From NCBI RefSeq assembly GCF_000247565.1, contig NC_016893.1, forward strand, positions 330,001-362,000: a DNA stretch of 32,000 bases, read 5' to 3'. The position numbers were made by a program, and so were the translations under genes. A model generated the notes under the pieces. That model was not told where the DNA came from, made no database searches, and saw only the letters and a list, made by a program, of their open reading frames with translations. This DNA comes from Wigglesworthia glossinidia endosymbiont of Glossina morsitans morsitans (Yale colony). GTDB taxonomy: Bacteria; Pseudomonadota; Gammaproteobacteria; Enterobacterales; Enterobacteriaceae. Shown piece after piece: positions 1 through 10,222 of this stretch (positions are counted from its first letter, which is position 1; every line of letters begins with the position of its first letter).

Positions 1-1703
1 CAGATTATTATTATAATAAAAATCAATCTTTAGTTGAAGATTCAGTATACGACTTTAATTTATTAAAACTAAGTAAATTAGAACATAAATACCCGTTTTT
101 ACGTTCTCAAGATTCACCTACACAAGCAATAGGACAAGATTGTAATGTAAAACTTTTACAGATACAACATAAATCTTTAATGCTATCTTTAGATAGCATT
201 TCTAACAACACAGAATTATTCAAATTCAATAAAAAAATACAAAAAATTCTCAATACCGGAGAAGAAATCACATATTGTTGCGAATTAAAAATTGACGGAT
301 TAGCTATAAATTTAACATATGAATACGGAATACTCGTTCGAGCCTCTACTCGAGGAAATGGAGTTTTTGGCGAAGATGTAACAAAAAATGCCTTAATGAT
401 GCAAACAATACCGTATAATTTAAAAACAAATGATACTGCTTGTAAATATATAGAAATAAGAGGAGAAGTTTTTATTAATAAATCCAAATTTTTCAAACTT
501 AATGAAGTAGCTAAGTTAAATAATAAAAAATTATTTTCTAATCCGCGTAACGCTGCTTCGGGTTCTTTAAGACAAATTAATCCAAAGATTACAGAAAACA
601 GATATTTAATGTTTTATGCTTATGGAATTGGCTACTCAGATGGATATAAATTACCGGATAGTCAGTATAAAAGATTAAAAATTTTGAAATTATGGAACAT
701 ACCAACTAATCATTATACAAAGATTTGCGTAGGACTACATCAAATTGTTAATTATTACAATACAATTAAAAAAATTCGAAAAACTTTAGATTTTGAAATA
801 GATGGCATTGTAATAAAAGTAGACTCTATATTACATCAAAATAAAATAGGATGTGTTGCTAAAGCACCAAAATGGGCTATCGCTTATAAGTTTCCAGCAT
901 TAGAAAAAATTACAAAAATCATAAGTGTAGATTTTACTATCGGTCGTACAGGAATTGTAACACCTATAGCTCAAATTAAACCTGTATGTTTTTTAGGTAC
1001 AATTGTAAAATTTGTTTCTTTATATAATTTTAATGAAATAAATAGATTAAATGTTATGATTAATGATACCGTAATTGTAAAACATGTAGGAGAAGTCATT
1101 CCCAAAATTTCTAAAGTAATATTTTCGAAGCGTACAAAAAATGCAAAAAAAATTATTTTTCCTAAAAAATGTAAAATCTGCGATTCAGATATTATAAGTA
1201 TTGTAGGCAAAAAAAAATGGTACTGCAGTGGAGGTATCACATGTCATGCACAAAAAAAAGCAGCTTTAATACATTTTGCTTCTCGTAATGCTTTAAATAT
1301 TCGAGGCATGGGAAAAAAAATAATTTCTAAGCTAGTAGATAAAAAAATTTTAATTACTCCGGCAGATTTTTTTCGATTAGATCTCAAAAAAATTACACGT
1401 ATTAATAAAATTCAATTGAAATCCGGAAAAAATTTAATCAATTCTATTAAAAATTCTAAAGAAGTAAAATTACATCGTCTTATATACGGCTTAGGTATTC
1501 CCCAAGTCGGATTAACAACGTCTATAAATCTTGAGAATTACTATAAAACATATTACAATTTTATAAATTCTGATTTTCATTCATTATTAAAAATAAAAGA
1601 TATAGGTCAATCTACAGCTGTATGTATTAGAAAATTTTTAGAAAATAAAAATAACATAAGTTTTATACAAGATTTATTGCAACTAAACTTAAAAATAAAA
1701 TAA
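1..1703 (+). CDS. ligA: NAD+-dependent DNA ligase LigA, 5' end outside window, C-terminus lacks BRCT domain
   Basis: The frame is open upstream of the listed ORF start (180) to position 3, encoding DYYYNKNQSLVEDSVYDFNLLKLSKLEHKYPFLRSQDSPTQAIG..., which matches the LigA N-terminal region. Adenylation motif CELKIDG, Zn-finger CKICDSD...WYCSGGITCHAQ and HhH region are present. Confidence 0.97.
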   Translation, partial: DYYYNKNQSLVEDSVYDFNLLKLSKLEHKYPFLRSQDSPTQAIGQDCNVKLLQIQHKSLMLSLDSISNNTELFKFNKKIQKILNTGEEITYCCELKIDGLAINLTYEYGILVRASTRGNGVFGEDVTKNALMMQTIPYNLKTNDTACKYIEIRGEVFINKSKFFKLNEVAKLNNKKLFSNPRNAASGSLRQINPKITENRYLMFYAYGIGYSDGYKLPDSQYKRLKILKLWNIPTNHYTKICVGLHQIVNYYNTIKKIRKTLDFEIDGIVIKVDSILHQNKIGCVAKAPKWAIAYKFPALEKITKIISVDFTIGRTGIVTPIAQIKPVCFLGTIVKFVSLYNFNEINRLNVMINDTVIVKHVGEVIPKISKVIFSKRTKNAKKIIFPKKCKICDSDIISIVGKKKWYCSGGITCHAQKKAALIHFASRNALNIRGMGKKIISKLVDKKILITPADFFRLDLKKITRINKIQLKSGKNLINSIKNSKEVKLHRLIYGLGIPQVGLTTSINLENYYKTYYNFINSDFHSLLKIKDIGQSTAVCIRKFLENKNNISFIQDLLQLNLKIK

Positions 1704-1988
1704 TTTACTTTCTTTTTCAAAGAATTAATCAACAACAACAATTATATGATATAAAATCTGAATAATAGAAAATAAAAAATTTTATATAAAATCTATTTTA
1801 CATTAAACAATTATCTTTTTAAGATAAAAATGAACAATATGCATATTAATTTATGATATGTACAGAATTTATTGAACTTCAAAAAAAATATAAGATTAAT
1901 TCTTGCAATATTTTTTATTTTTAAAATTAAAATAAATTAATGTCAAAATGTTTAACTAACTTAAAATCAATAAATACGAGATAAAAGG

Positions 1989-4900
1989 ATGGACAATAAC
2001 ATATTAGGTGTTAAATTAGACGACAAATTACTCCATCGTATCGAAAAACTATCAAATCGGTTAAATCGTACGCCGAATTGGTTAGTAAAACAAGCAATTT
2101 TTCTTCATCTTGATACGTTGGAAAAAACATTAAAATCTAATAAAAAAATTGAAAATTTAAATAATTCTGAAAACGAAAAATATTTAATAAATACAGAAAG
2201 TTTTTCGCAACCTTTTTTTGACTTTGCCCAACAAATATTACCTCAATCACATTTACGTTCACGAGTTACCAGGTCATGGAGCATTGCTGAAACTAAAATT
2301 TTGCCTAAATTGTTAGACTTAGCAAATTGCGACGAAAATACAGAACAAAAAATTTATAAATTGTCAAAAATTTTAGTAACAGGACTAAGAAAAAAGAAAA
2401 AAAGATATAACAGAGAACAAATCATACAAGATTTATTGCAAGAATTTCCATTATCTTCTCAAGAAGGCGTTGCTCTTATGTGTCTTGCAGAAGCGTTATT
2501 AAGAGTTCCAGATATTAATACTCGTGACGCTTTAATTAAAGACAAAATAAAAAATAGAAACTGGAAGAGTCATTTTGGAACAAAAAAAAGCTTATTTGTA
2601 AATTCTGCCATCTGGGGGTTATGTTTAACAAATACTATAATTCAAAAATATACAGAAGAAAATTTATCTCATGCTTTAAATAAAGTAATTAAAAGAATTG
2701 GAGAACCTATTATTAGAAAAGGCGTAAACGTAGCCATGCAATTAATGGGTAAACAATTTGTAGTAGGCGAAGATATACAACAAGCGTTAAAAAATACTCA
2801 AAATTTAGAAAAAACAGGGTTTACGTATTCTTATGATATGCTCGGAGAATCTGCAGTTACAGAAGAAGATGCGCAATCATATATGTCATCATATGAAAAT
2901 GCGATTCATTGCATCGGAAAAGCATCTTTAAAAAAAGGCATTTATCATGGATCAGGAATTTCAGTAAAATTATCTGCGCTACATCCTCGTTATTCTAGAA
3001 ACCATTATAATCAAATTATGTCCGAATTATATCCTAGATTACACACCTTAACCGTATTAGCAAAAAATTATGATATAGGAATAAACATTGATGCAGAAGA
3101 AGCTAATCGACTCGAAATATCTTTAGATCTTTTAGAACGATTATGCTGTGAACCATCATTAAGCGGATGGAATGGAATTGGTTTTGTAATACAAGCTTAC
3201 CAAAAACGCTGTATGTATGTAATTGACGAATTAGTAGATATCGCGAAACGTACAAAAAGACGCCTTATGATACGACTCGTAAAAGGTGCATATTGGGATA
3301 GTGAAATAAAAAATGCACAAATAGAAGGAATAGAAGATTATCCAGTATTTACACGAAAAGTATATACAGATGTGTCATATTTAGCATGCGCAAAAAAATT
3401 ATTGTCACAAGCGAATTACATATATCCTCAATTTGCCACACATAATGCGCAAACAGTAGCGTCTATTTATTACTTTGCAGGTAATAACTATTACCCGGGG
3501 CAGTACGAATTTCAATGTTTACATGGCATGGGAGAACAATTATATAAACAAGTTGTGGGAAAAAATAATGATAAAAAACTAAATCGACCATGTCGTATTT
3601 ACGCACCAGTCGGAACGCACAAAACATTATTAGCATATTTAGTACGTAGAATATTAGAAAATGGAGCAAATAATTCTTTTATAAATCGTATTTCAGATCA
3701 TACTATTCCAATTGAAAAACTTATTCTTAGTCCAATTTCAGAAGTCAAACAAATAGCACAAAAAGAAAATATTTTAATTGGAGCTTCGAATCCAAATATT
3801 CCTGCACCGATTCATTTATATGGATTAGAGAGAAAAAATTCTATTGGATTAAATCTTGCAAATGAAAATGTTTTAGCAAAATTATCCTCTGACTTATTTA
3901 AGAATAAAACAAATAAATGGAAAATTTATCCAAAAATTTCAGGGAAAATAGATACAGGTCCTATAAAAATTATTAAAAATCCTGCAAATAAAAATGACAT
4001 TATAGGAGAATGTCAACAAGCAACTATTCAAGATGTAGAATCTGCTTTGGTTAGTTCCGTAAAAGGAATAAAAAAATGGGCATCTATAGAACCCATAAAA
4101 AGAAGTGAAATTTTACAAGAAGCTGCTAATAAAATCGAAAATAATATAGAAATATTTATTGGATTATTAGTACGCGAAGCAGGAAAAACTTTTTCTAATG
4201 CAATTTCGGAAATTAGGGAATCTATTGATTTTTTACGATATTATGCTTATCAAATAAAAAACTTGCAAAATAAAGATTATTGTCCATTAGGGTGTGTTGT
4301 ATGTATTAGTCCATGGAATTTTCCACTTGCTATTTTTATCGGTCAACTATCAGCTGCATTAGCAGCCGGAAATGTTGTAATTGCAAAACCGGCAGAACAA
4401 ACTCCGATTGTTGCATATAAAGCAATTCAGTTAATGTTAGATTCTGGAATTCCTGAAGATGTTTTGCAATTTTTACCTGGCAGCGGCAAAATTATCGGAG
4501 AAGCTTTGTCAAAAGATCAAAGAACTCATGGCGTTATGTTCACGGGATCTACACAAGTTGCACGATTATTACAAAAAAACTTATCTGATAGATTAAGCAG
4601 TAACGGATCTCCTATCCCACTTATTGCAGAAACTGGTGGATTAAATGCTATGATTGTTGATTCATCTGCACTAACAGAACAAGTAATAAACGATGTTATT
4701 ATCTCAGCATTTGACAGTGCAGGTCAGCGTTGTTCAGCTTTACGTTTATTATGCATTCAAGAAGACGTAGCTGACCGTACTTTACATATGTTAAAAGGAG
4801 CAATTAATACCTACAATATAGGTAACCCGGAGCATCTCGATATCGATATAGGCCCAGTTATTGATAAAAATGCAAAATTTAAAATTGATCAACACGTATC

Positions 4901-5933
4901 AAATATGCAAAAAAATAACTATGTAGTATGGCAAAGTGAAGCAAATAGAAATTATTCATGTGATTTAGGAAATTTTGTTTTACCAACTTTAATAGAACTT
5001 AATAATATCAGTGAAATTAAAGAAGAAATTTTTGGTCCAGTTTTACATGTAATTAAATATAAGTATGAAGAAATGGATAAAATTATTCAAGAAATTAATT
5101 CTACTGGATATGGATTAACGCTTGGAATACATTCCCGAATAGAAGAAAAAATAGATAAAATTGTAAATTCTGTAAAAGTCGGTAATATCTATGTTAATAG
5201 AAATATTGTTGGAGCTGTAGTAGGAGTACAACCTTTCGGGGGAGAAAATCTATCTGGTACTGGACCAAAAGCAGGCGGACCATTGTATTTATATAGGTTA
5301 TTCTCTGATAGAAAAAACGAAAACTTATTATCATTAAAAAATTTAAATAAAAAAGATATTAATAAAATATACCGTAAAAAGATAGAAAATTTATCTATTC
5401 ATTTTCTTGAATGGATATCCATGAATTATCCCGAGCTAGAAAAATACTGTAGTAAATTTATAAAAATGTCAAAATCAGGAACAACATGCAATTTAATCGG
5501 TCCAACTGGAGAAGAAAATAATTATCTGCTCTTACCAAGGGAAAGAGTACTGTGTTTATCGGATAATGAACACGACTTAATAATTCAATTATCAGCGATC
5601 ACTAGTTTAGGAGGAAAATCTATTTTATCACATACACCAATAAGTCAAAAAATTTTTTCTATTTTGCCAAAATCTTTAATGCAAAATATCATTTTAGTGC
5701 CAAATTGGAAAAGAGAACATGTAAATTTTGATTCAATTTTCTTTCATGGATCTCCTGAAGATCTCAAAGATATTTTAAAATTTTTATCAGAAAGACCCGG
5801 GCCTGTTATTACAGTACATAGCCATGCTAAAGGGACAAGAAAAATATTTTTAGAACGCTTTTTAATTGAAAGAACAATCAGCACTAATACTACTGCTGCA
5901 GGAGGGAATACAACATTATTAAACATAGCATGA
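1989..5933 (+). CDS. putA: Trifunctional PutA: transcriptional regulator / proline dehydrogenase / L-glutamate-gamma-semialdehyde dehydrogenase
   Basis: 1314 aa. N-terminal RHH region MDNNILGVKLDDKLLHRIEKLSNRLNRTPNWLVKQAIF; PRODH region with LVRRILENGANNSFINRI; ALDH motifs CISPWNFPLAIFIGQ, ETGGLNAMIVD and SAGQRCSALR; intact C-terminal domain. AAAGG-like SD upstream. Confidence 0.98.
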   Translation: MDNNILGVKLDDKLLHRIEKLSNRLNRTPNWLVKQAIFLHLDTLEKTLKSNKKIENLNNSENEKYLINTESFSQPFFDFAQQILPQSHLRSRVTRSWSIAETKILPKLLDLANCDENTEQKIYKLSKILVTGLRKKKKRYNREQIIQDLLQEFPLSSQEGVALMCLAEALLRVPDINTRDALIKDKIKNRNWKSHFGTKKSLFVNSAIWGLCLTNTIIQKYTEENLSHALNKVIKRIGEPIIRKGVNVAMQLMGKQFVVGEDIQQALKNTQNLEKTGFTYSYDMLGESAVTEEDAQSYMSSYENAIHCIGKASLKKGIYHGSGISVKLSALHPRYSRNHYNQIMSELYPRLHTLTVLAKNYDIGINIDAEEANRLEISLDLLERLCCEPSLSGWNGIGFVIQAYQKRCMYVIDELVDIAKRTKRRLMIRLVKGAYWDSEIKNAQIEGIEDYPVFTRKVYTDVSYLACAKKLLSQANYIYPQFATHNAQTVASIYYFAGNNYYPGQYEFQCLHGMGEQLYKQVVGKNNDKKLNRPCRIYAPVGTHKTLLAYLVRRILENGANNSFINRISDHTIPIEKLILSPISEVKQIAQKENILIGASNPNIPAPIHLYGLERKNSIGLNLANENVLAKLSSDLFKNKTNKWKIYPKISGKIDTGPIKIIKNPANKNDIIGECQQATIQDVESALVSSVKGIKKWASIEPIKRSEILQEAANKIENNIEIFIGLLVREAGKTFSNAISEIRESIDFLRYYAYQIKNLQNKDYCPLGCVVCISPWNFPLAIFIGQLSAALAAGNVVIAKPAEQTPIVAYKAIQLMLDSGIPEDVLQFLPGSGKIIGEALSKDQRTHGVMFTGSTQVARLLQKNLSDRLSSNGSPIPLIAETGGLNAMIVDSSALTEQVINDVIISAFDSAGQRCSALRLLCIQEDVADRTLHMLKGAINTYNIGNPEHLDIDIGPVIDKNAKFKIDQHVSNMQKNNYVVWQSEANRNYSCDLGNFVLPTLIELNNISEIKEEIFGPVLHVIKYKYEEMDKIIQEINSTGYGLTLGIHSRIEEKIDKIVNSVKVGNIYVNRNIVGAVVGVQPFGGENLSGTGPKAGGPLYLYRLFSDRKNENLLSLKNLNKKDINKIYRKKIENLSIHFLEWISMNYPELEKYCSKFIKMSKSGTTCNLIGPTGEENNYLLLPRERVLCLSDNEHDLIIQLSAITSLGGKSILSHTPISQKIFSILPKSLMQNIILVPNWKREHVNFDSIFFHGSPEDLKDILKFLSERPGPVITVHSHAKGTRKIFLERFLIERTISTNTTAAGGNTTLLNIA

Positions 5934-6040
5934 TTCTAAAAAGTTTAATAAGATTTGAAATACCATACTTTTTAAATTTAAAATATTCGGAATTGAATCA
6001 AACGATAATATAAAATTAAAATGATAATTATGAAATTTTT

Positions 6041-6370
6041 CTAGATTTTTTTGATGTTATTTGTTTGCAAAGTTTGTGTATTATGCTCTGATATAGCACG
6101 AGAAACTGTATCTTTCAAAGACTGGATACCACGATCTATACTTACAGTATAGTTTTGAAATTTAGCTTTTTCTTGATTAAGATCGTAACATATGTTTAAA
6201 GCAGAAATAAAAAGTAATTGTTCTACATTAGAAATTTTAGTACGCTCTTTAAGTTCTTGTAATTGTTTTTCTAAATACTTTGCGGCCCGGTTAAGTTCTG
6301 CGCGTTTTTCCTCAGGGCAATTAATACGTAATGTACGTCCAAATATTTGAATATCTACCGGTTGTTCCAT
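6041..6370 (-). CDS. zapA: Cell division protein ZapA
   Basis: 109 aa, MEQPVDIQIFGRTLRINCPEEKRAELNRAAKYLEKQLQELKERTKISNVEQLLFISALNI..., very close to E. coli ZapA. Divergent from pepP as in E. coli. Confidence 0.96.
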   Translation of the reverse strand: MEQPVDIQIFGRTLRINCPEEKRAELNRAAKYLEKQLQELKERTKISNVEQLLFISALNICYDLNQEKAKFQNYTVSIDRGIQSLKDTVSRAISEHNTQTLQTNNIKKI

Positions 6371-6534
6371 GATGATAAATCCATTTTTATTAAAAAATTA
6401 TTATTTATTAAAAAAAAATTATATACTAAATTTTAACATGCAACTAACAATTAAAGTATTTAATAAATTATTTTATAATAATAGATTTTTTTTATAAAAA
6501 AATTAATTTTTAAATATAACAACTTAAATTTTAT

Positions 6535-7845
6535 ATGTATCAAGAATATCTCAATAGAAGAAAAAAATTATTTGCACAAATGGCTCCAGAAAGTGCTACT
6601 TTAATTTTTGCAGCTGCAGAGAATAACAAAAATTTTGATTATAATTTTCAGTATAGACAAGATAAAAATTTTTTTTATTTTACTGGATTTAATGAACCTC
6701 AAGCATTATTTATTTTGATAAAACGTCATAACAATAATCAATGTATAATATTTAACCAAAAAAAAAACACTAATAACAAACAATGGTTTGGGAGCAACTT
6801 AGGACAAAAATCTGCTTTAAAAAAATTATATGTTAATTATTCGTATACATGGAATGATATTGAAAATAGATTGTATTTAATTTTAAATTATTTACATGTT
6901 GTTTATTATGCAATAGGATTGAATGAAAAGTACGATAAAATATTTTTTTTAACTCTAGAAAAACTAAGATTAAAATCAAAAAAAAATAAAAAATTTTGTG
7001 CTCCAAAACGTATTTTAGATTGGAGACTGTTCGTATATAAAATGCGTTTAATTAAATCAAAACAAGAAATTTATTTTATTCAAAAAGCTTGTGATATCAG
7101 TATTCTCGCGCATATTAGGGCTATTAAATTTTGTCAACCAAAAAGATATGAATACGAATTAGTTGCAGAAATTCATCATGAATTTCTACGTAATGGTTGT
7201 CTAACTAATTCTTACAATACTATTGTAGGTAGCGGCGAGAATTCTTGCATTTTACACTATACAAAAAATAATAAAAAAATGAAAAATGGTGAATTAGTGT
7301 TGATTGATGCAGGCTGTGAATATTGTAATTATACCAGTGATATTACTAGAACCATTCCAGTGAATGGAATCTTTTTAAAAGAACAACGTATTATATATCA
7401 TATTGTACTAGATATGTTAAATCTTGCTTTAAAATTGTTTAAGCCAAACATAAAAATTAAAATAATTAATATTCAAGTAATTCAGTTACTATTATCAAAA
7501 CTTAAATCAATTGGGTTAATTAATGGCACCATAAATCAATTAATGCATACAAAAATATATAAAAAATTTTTTATGCATCGACTATGTCATTGGATTGGAC
7601 TGAGTGTACATGATTGCGAATATATGCCGTGTAATGATAATACAATTTTAAAACCTGGAATGACTCTAGCTGTAGAACCTGGAATTTATATTCCAAAAAA
7701 TAATAATATTCCATTTTTATATCGTGGAATAGGGATTCGTATTGAGGAAAATATTGTTATTACTTCTAAAGGAAACAAAATTTTTACTCAAAATTTAATT
7801 AAAACACCTAATGAAATTGAAAAACTAATGCGTAAACCTATATGA
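6535..7845 (+). CDS. pepP: Xaa-Pro aminopeptidase PepP
   Basis: 436 aa M24 peptidase. Metal-ligand regions LIDAGCEY..DITRTIP, HRLCHWIGLSVHD, AVEPGIYI and GIRIEENI. Translationally coupled to ubiH. Confidence 0.95.
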   Translation: MYQEYLNRRKKLFAQMAPESATLIFAAAENNKNFDYNFQYRQDKNFFYFTGFNEPQALFILIKRHNNNQCIIFNQKKNTNNKQWFGSNLGQKSALKKLYVNYSYTWNDIENRLYLILNYLHVVYYAIGLNEKYDKIFFLTLEKLRLKSKKNKKFCAPKRILDWRLFVYKMRLIKSKQEIYFIQKACDISILAHIRAIKFCQPKRYEYELVAEIHHEFLRNGCLTNSYNTIVGSGENSCILHYTKNNKKMKNGELVLIDAGCEYCNYTSDITRTIPVNGIFLKEQRIIYHIVLDMLNLALKLFKPNIKIKIINIQVIQLLLSKLKSIGLINGTINQLMHTKIYKKFFMHRLCHWIGLSVHDCEYMPCNDNTILKPGMTLAVEPGIYIPKNNNIPFLYRGIGIRIEENIVITSKGNKIFTQNLIKTPNEIEKLMRKPI

Positions 7846-9029
7846 AACTTACTATCATCGGAGGAGGTATTGTTGGACTTGTATTTGCTTTAGCGTTATC
7901 ACACCTTAGTAATAATCAAATTATTATTGATTTAGTAGAAGTTAACAAACCCGAAAATTATAATAGAAAGTTCTGTTATGATCGTACTATAGCGATATCT
8001 TATTATACATATTATGTATTAAAAGATATGAAAATCTGGAATCATTTTATCAAATACGTTACTAAAATATCCACTATAGAAGTAAGCGATCAAAATAATT
8101 TAAGTAAAATTCAAATTTTTTCTCATGATTTTTTATTACCTTTTTTTGGTTATACAATTTCTTCACAACTTATGAGATCAAAATTATTTCAATTATTAAA
8201 AACAAAAAATAATATTTACGTTCATTGCCCCGCAAAACCTATAAAAATTATCCGAGAAAAATATAACAATATTGTTCTCTTAGATAATGGAAAGAAATTA
8301 ATTAGTCAACTTATAGTAGTTGCAGATGGAATGCGTACAAATATAGCAAATCAATTTAACATTACTTATACACAATATTCTTATAAATCAATTGCTATGT
8401 CTAGTAAAATATATACTACTTTTTCTCATAATTTTTGTGCTTTTGAAAAATTTTTATCATCAGGATCTTTAGCTTTTTTGCCATTAAAATTTAATATTGG
8501 CGCTATAGTTTGGTGTTTTCCAGAAAATCAACTTAACATGATTAAATCTTGGAATAAAAAAAAATTATCACAAAAAATACAAAAGATCTTCGGATCAAGT
8601 CTTGGTGCTTTATATGTTTTTGAAAATCAACAATATGTTAATTTAAGTCTTAAAATTGCTAATCAACATATTTCACACAGATTGGTGTTAATCGGCAACT
8701 CCGCGCAAGTTATACATCCTATTGCAGGACAAGGATTAAATTTAGGTATTCGAGATGCAATATCATTGGCTAGAATATTAAGGAATGCTTCAAAAAAACA
8801 TATAGATCTTGGAAACTATAATATTTTATTAAAATATCAAAATTCAAGAAAAATAGATCAATCAAAAACGATATATATAACAAATTTTTTAATAGATCTT
8901 TTTGCTAATCGTACCCCTTATTTTGTATTAATGAGAAATTTAGGATTGTATATTTCAAATATTTTTCCTTGTTTAGTAAAACAATTTATTAAAAATATGT
9001 TTTTGAATAAAAATTTTTATTTCAATTAA
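7842..9029 (+). CDS. ubiH: 2-octaprenyl-6-methoxyphenol hydroxylase UbiH (FAD-dependent)
   Basis: 395 aa. Starts in an ATGA overlap with pepP. GGGIVGLVFALALS FAD-binding motif, VADGMRT, and LVLIGNSAQVIHPIAGQGLNLGIRDA. Closer to UbiH than UbiI by recalled sequence (LAFLPL...VWCFPE). Confidence 0.93.
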   Translation: MKLTIIGGGIVGLVFALALSHLSNNQIIIDLVEVNKPENYNRKFCYDRTIAISYYTYYVLKDMKIWNHFIKYVTKISTIEVSDQNNLSKIQIFSHDFLLPFFGYTISSQLMRSKLFQLLKTKNNIYVHCPAKPIKIIREKYNNIVLLDNGKKLISQLIVVADGMRTNIANQFNITYTQYSYKSIAMSSKIYTTFSHNFCAFEKFLSSGSLAFLPLKFNIGAIVWCFPENQLNMIKSWNKKKLSQKIQKIFGSSLGALYVFENQQYVNLSLKIANQHISHRLVLIGNSAQVIHPIAGQGLNLGIRDAISLARILRNASKKHIDLGNYNILLKYQNSRKIDQSKTIYITNFLIDLFANRTPYFVLMRNLGLYISNIFPCLVKQFIKNMFLNKNFYFN

Positions 9030-9556
9030 ATTTGAATATGTATTAACTATAAAACTTAAGCTATTTTAATGATTTGAAAAATTTATTTTTTTATAATTTT
9101 ATATTGCATACAATAGAAATTGTACGATTTTACTTTTTTACTATTAAAAAAGTTATTATTTATTTTTATCACATTTTTTTATTTAATCGATTTAATAAAA
9201 TTTTGCTTTATTATTTTTTTTAAAAAATTAAAATTTATTTATTAAATAATACTTTTAATTAAATTAAATGTAGTTTATAAAAAAATAGAATTTTTATTTA
9301 ATTTATTTTCAATATTTTAGAAAAATTTTTTCAAAAAATTTAATAAAATTTTTTTGAATAAATATTACTAATATAATTAGTACATATTGTATATAAAATA
9401 TAATATACTTTAAAATTATATTTAAAATATAAAAAATGAAATTTTTAATAAAATCTTTAATTATGTGATACATACTAAATTAAAAACTTCAATTTATTAT
9501 TTTAATTTGCAGTTGCATTTAAAGTGCATTTCTAACTAATAAACATGAGAAAGTAA

Positions 9557-10204
9557 ATGAATTCATTGAAAGCACTGTATAAAGCTTTTTTAGAACAAGA
9601 TATTAATATTTTATCTCAATTAAATATAATATGGTTATTTTATTTAGTAATTTGTATCATTCTAATTTTGGAAAATGGTTTTCTTCCGGTATCTTTTTTG
9701 CCTGGAGATAGTTTGTTAATTTTATTAGGAATATTAATATCTAAAAATATATTAAATTTTTATTTTATTGTTTTTTTATTGACGATATCTGCTAGCATAG
9801 GAAGTTGGATAGGATATTTACAAGGAAAATGGTTAAAAAATACACCTATTATAAATTTATGGATATCTAAATTACCTAAAAAATATTTTGACCGTGCATA
9901 TCATTTATTTTGTTTGCATGGATTTTTTGCATTATTTATTGGAAGATTTATTGTTTTTGTAAGAACAATTTTACCAATTTTTTTTGGTTTATCCGGTTTC
10001 AAAAGTAGCAAATTTTATTTTTTCAACGTTATTAGCGCTTTTTTTTGGGTATCAATTTTAACTTTAATAGGATTTTTATTAGGTAAAACTTGGATATTTA
10101 ATAGATACGAAAATATATTTATAACAGTTTTATGTACAATTCCAACTATTATAATAATTTTCAGTATTATATATTTGTTGAAATTTTGGATAAAAAAAAA
10201 TTAG
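9557..10204 (+). CDS. yqjA: DedA family membrane protein, YqjA/YghB type
   Basis: 215 aa. LENGFLPVSFLPGDSLLILLG, IGSWIGYLQGKW and IGRFIVFVRTILPIFFGLSG are hallmark DedA motifs. Overall closest in memory to E. coli YqjA; YghB is not excluded. Confidence 0.85.
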   Translation: MNSLKALYKAFLEQDINILSQLNIIWLFYLVICIILILENGFLPVSFLPGDSLLILLGILISKNILNFYFIVFLLTISASIGSWIGYLQGKWLKNTPIINLWISKLPKKYFDRAYHLFCLHGFFALFIGRFIVFVRTILPIFFGLSGFKSSKFYFFNVISAFFWVSILTLIGFLLGKTWIFNRYENIFITVLCTIPTIIIIFSIIYLLKFWIKKN

Positions 10205-10222
10205 TATAGTAAAATTTAAGTT

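Noticed and set aside
107-1240. Minus-strand ORFs 107..496 and 971..1240
   Set aside because: They lie antisense to clearly conserved ligA and show no recognisable family motif; shadow ORFs.
3463-5926. Minus-strand ORFs 3463..3669 and 5744..5926
   Set aside because: Antisense to conserved putA coding sequence, with no recognisable motif.
5934-6040. Possible 6S RNA (ssrS) next to zapA
   Set aside because: The spacer is too short and shows no convincing long hairpin structure.
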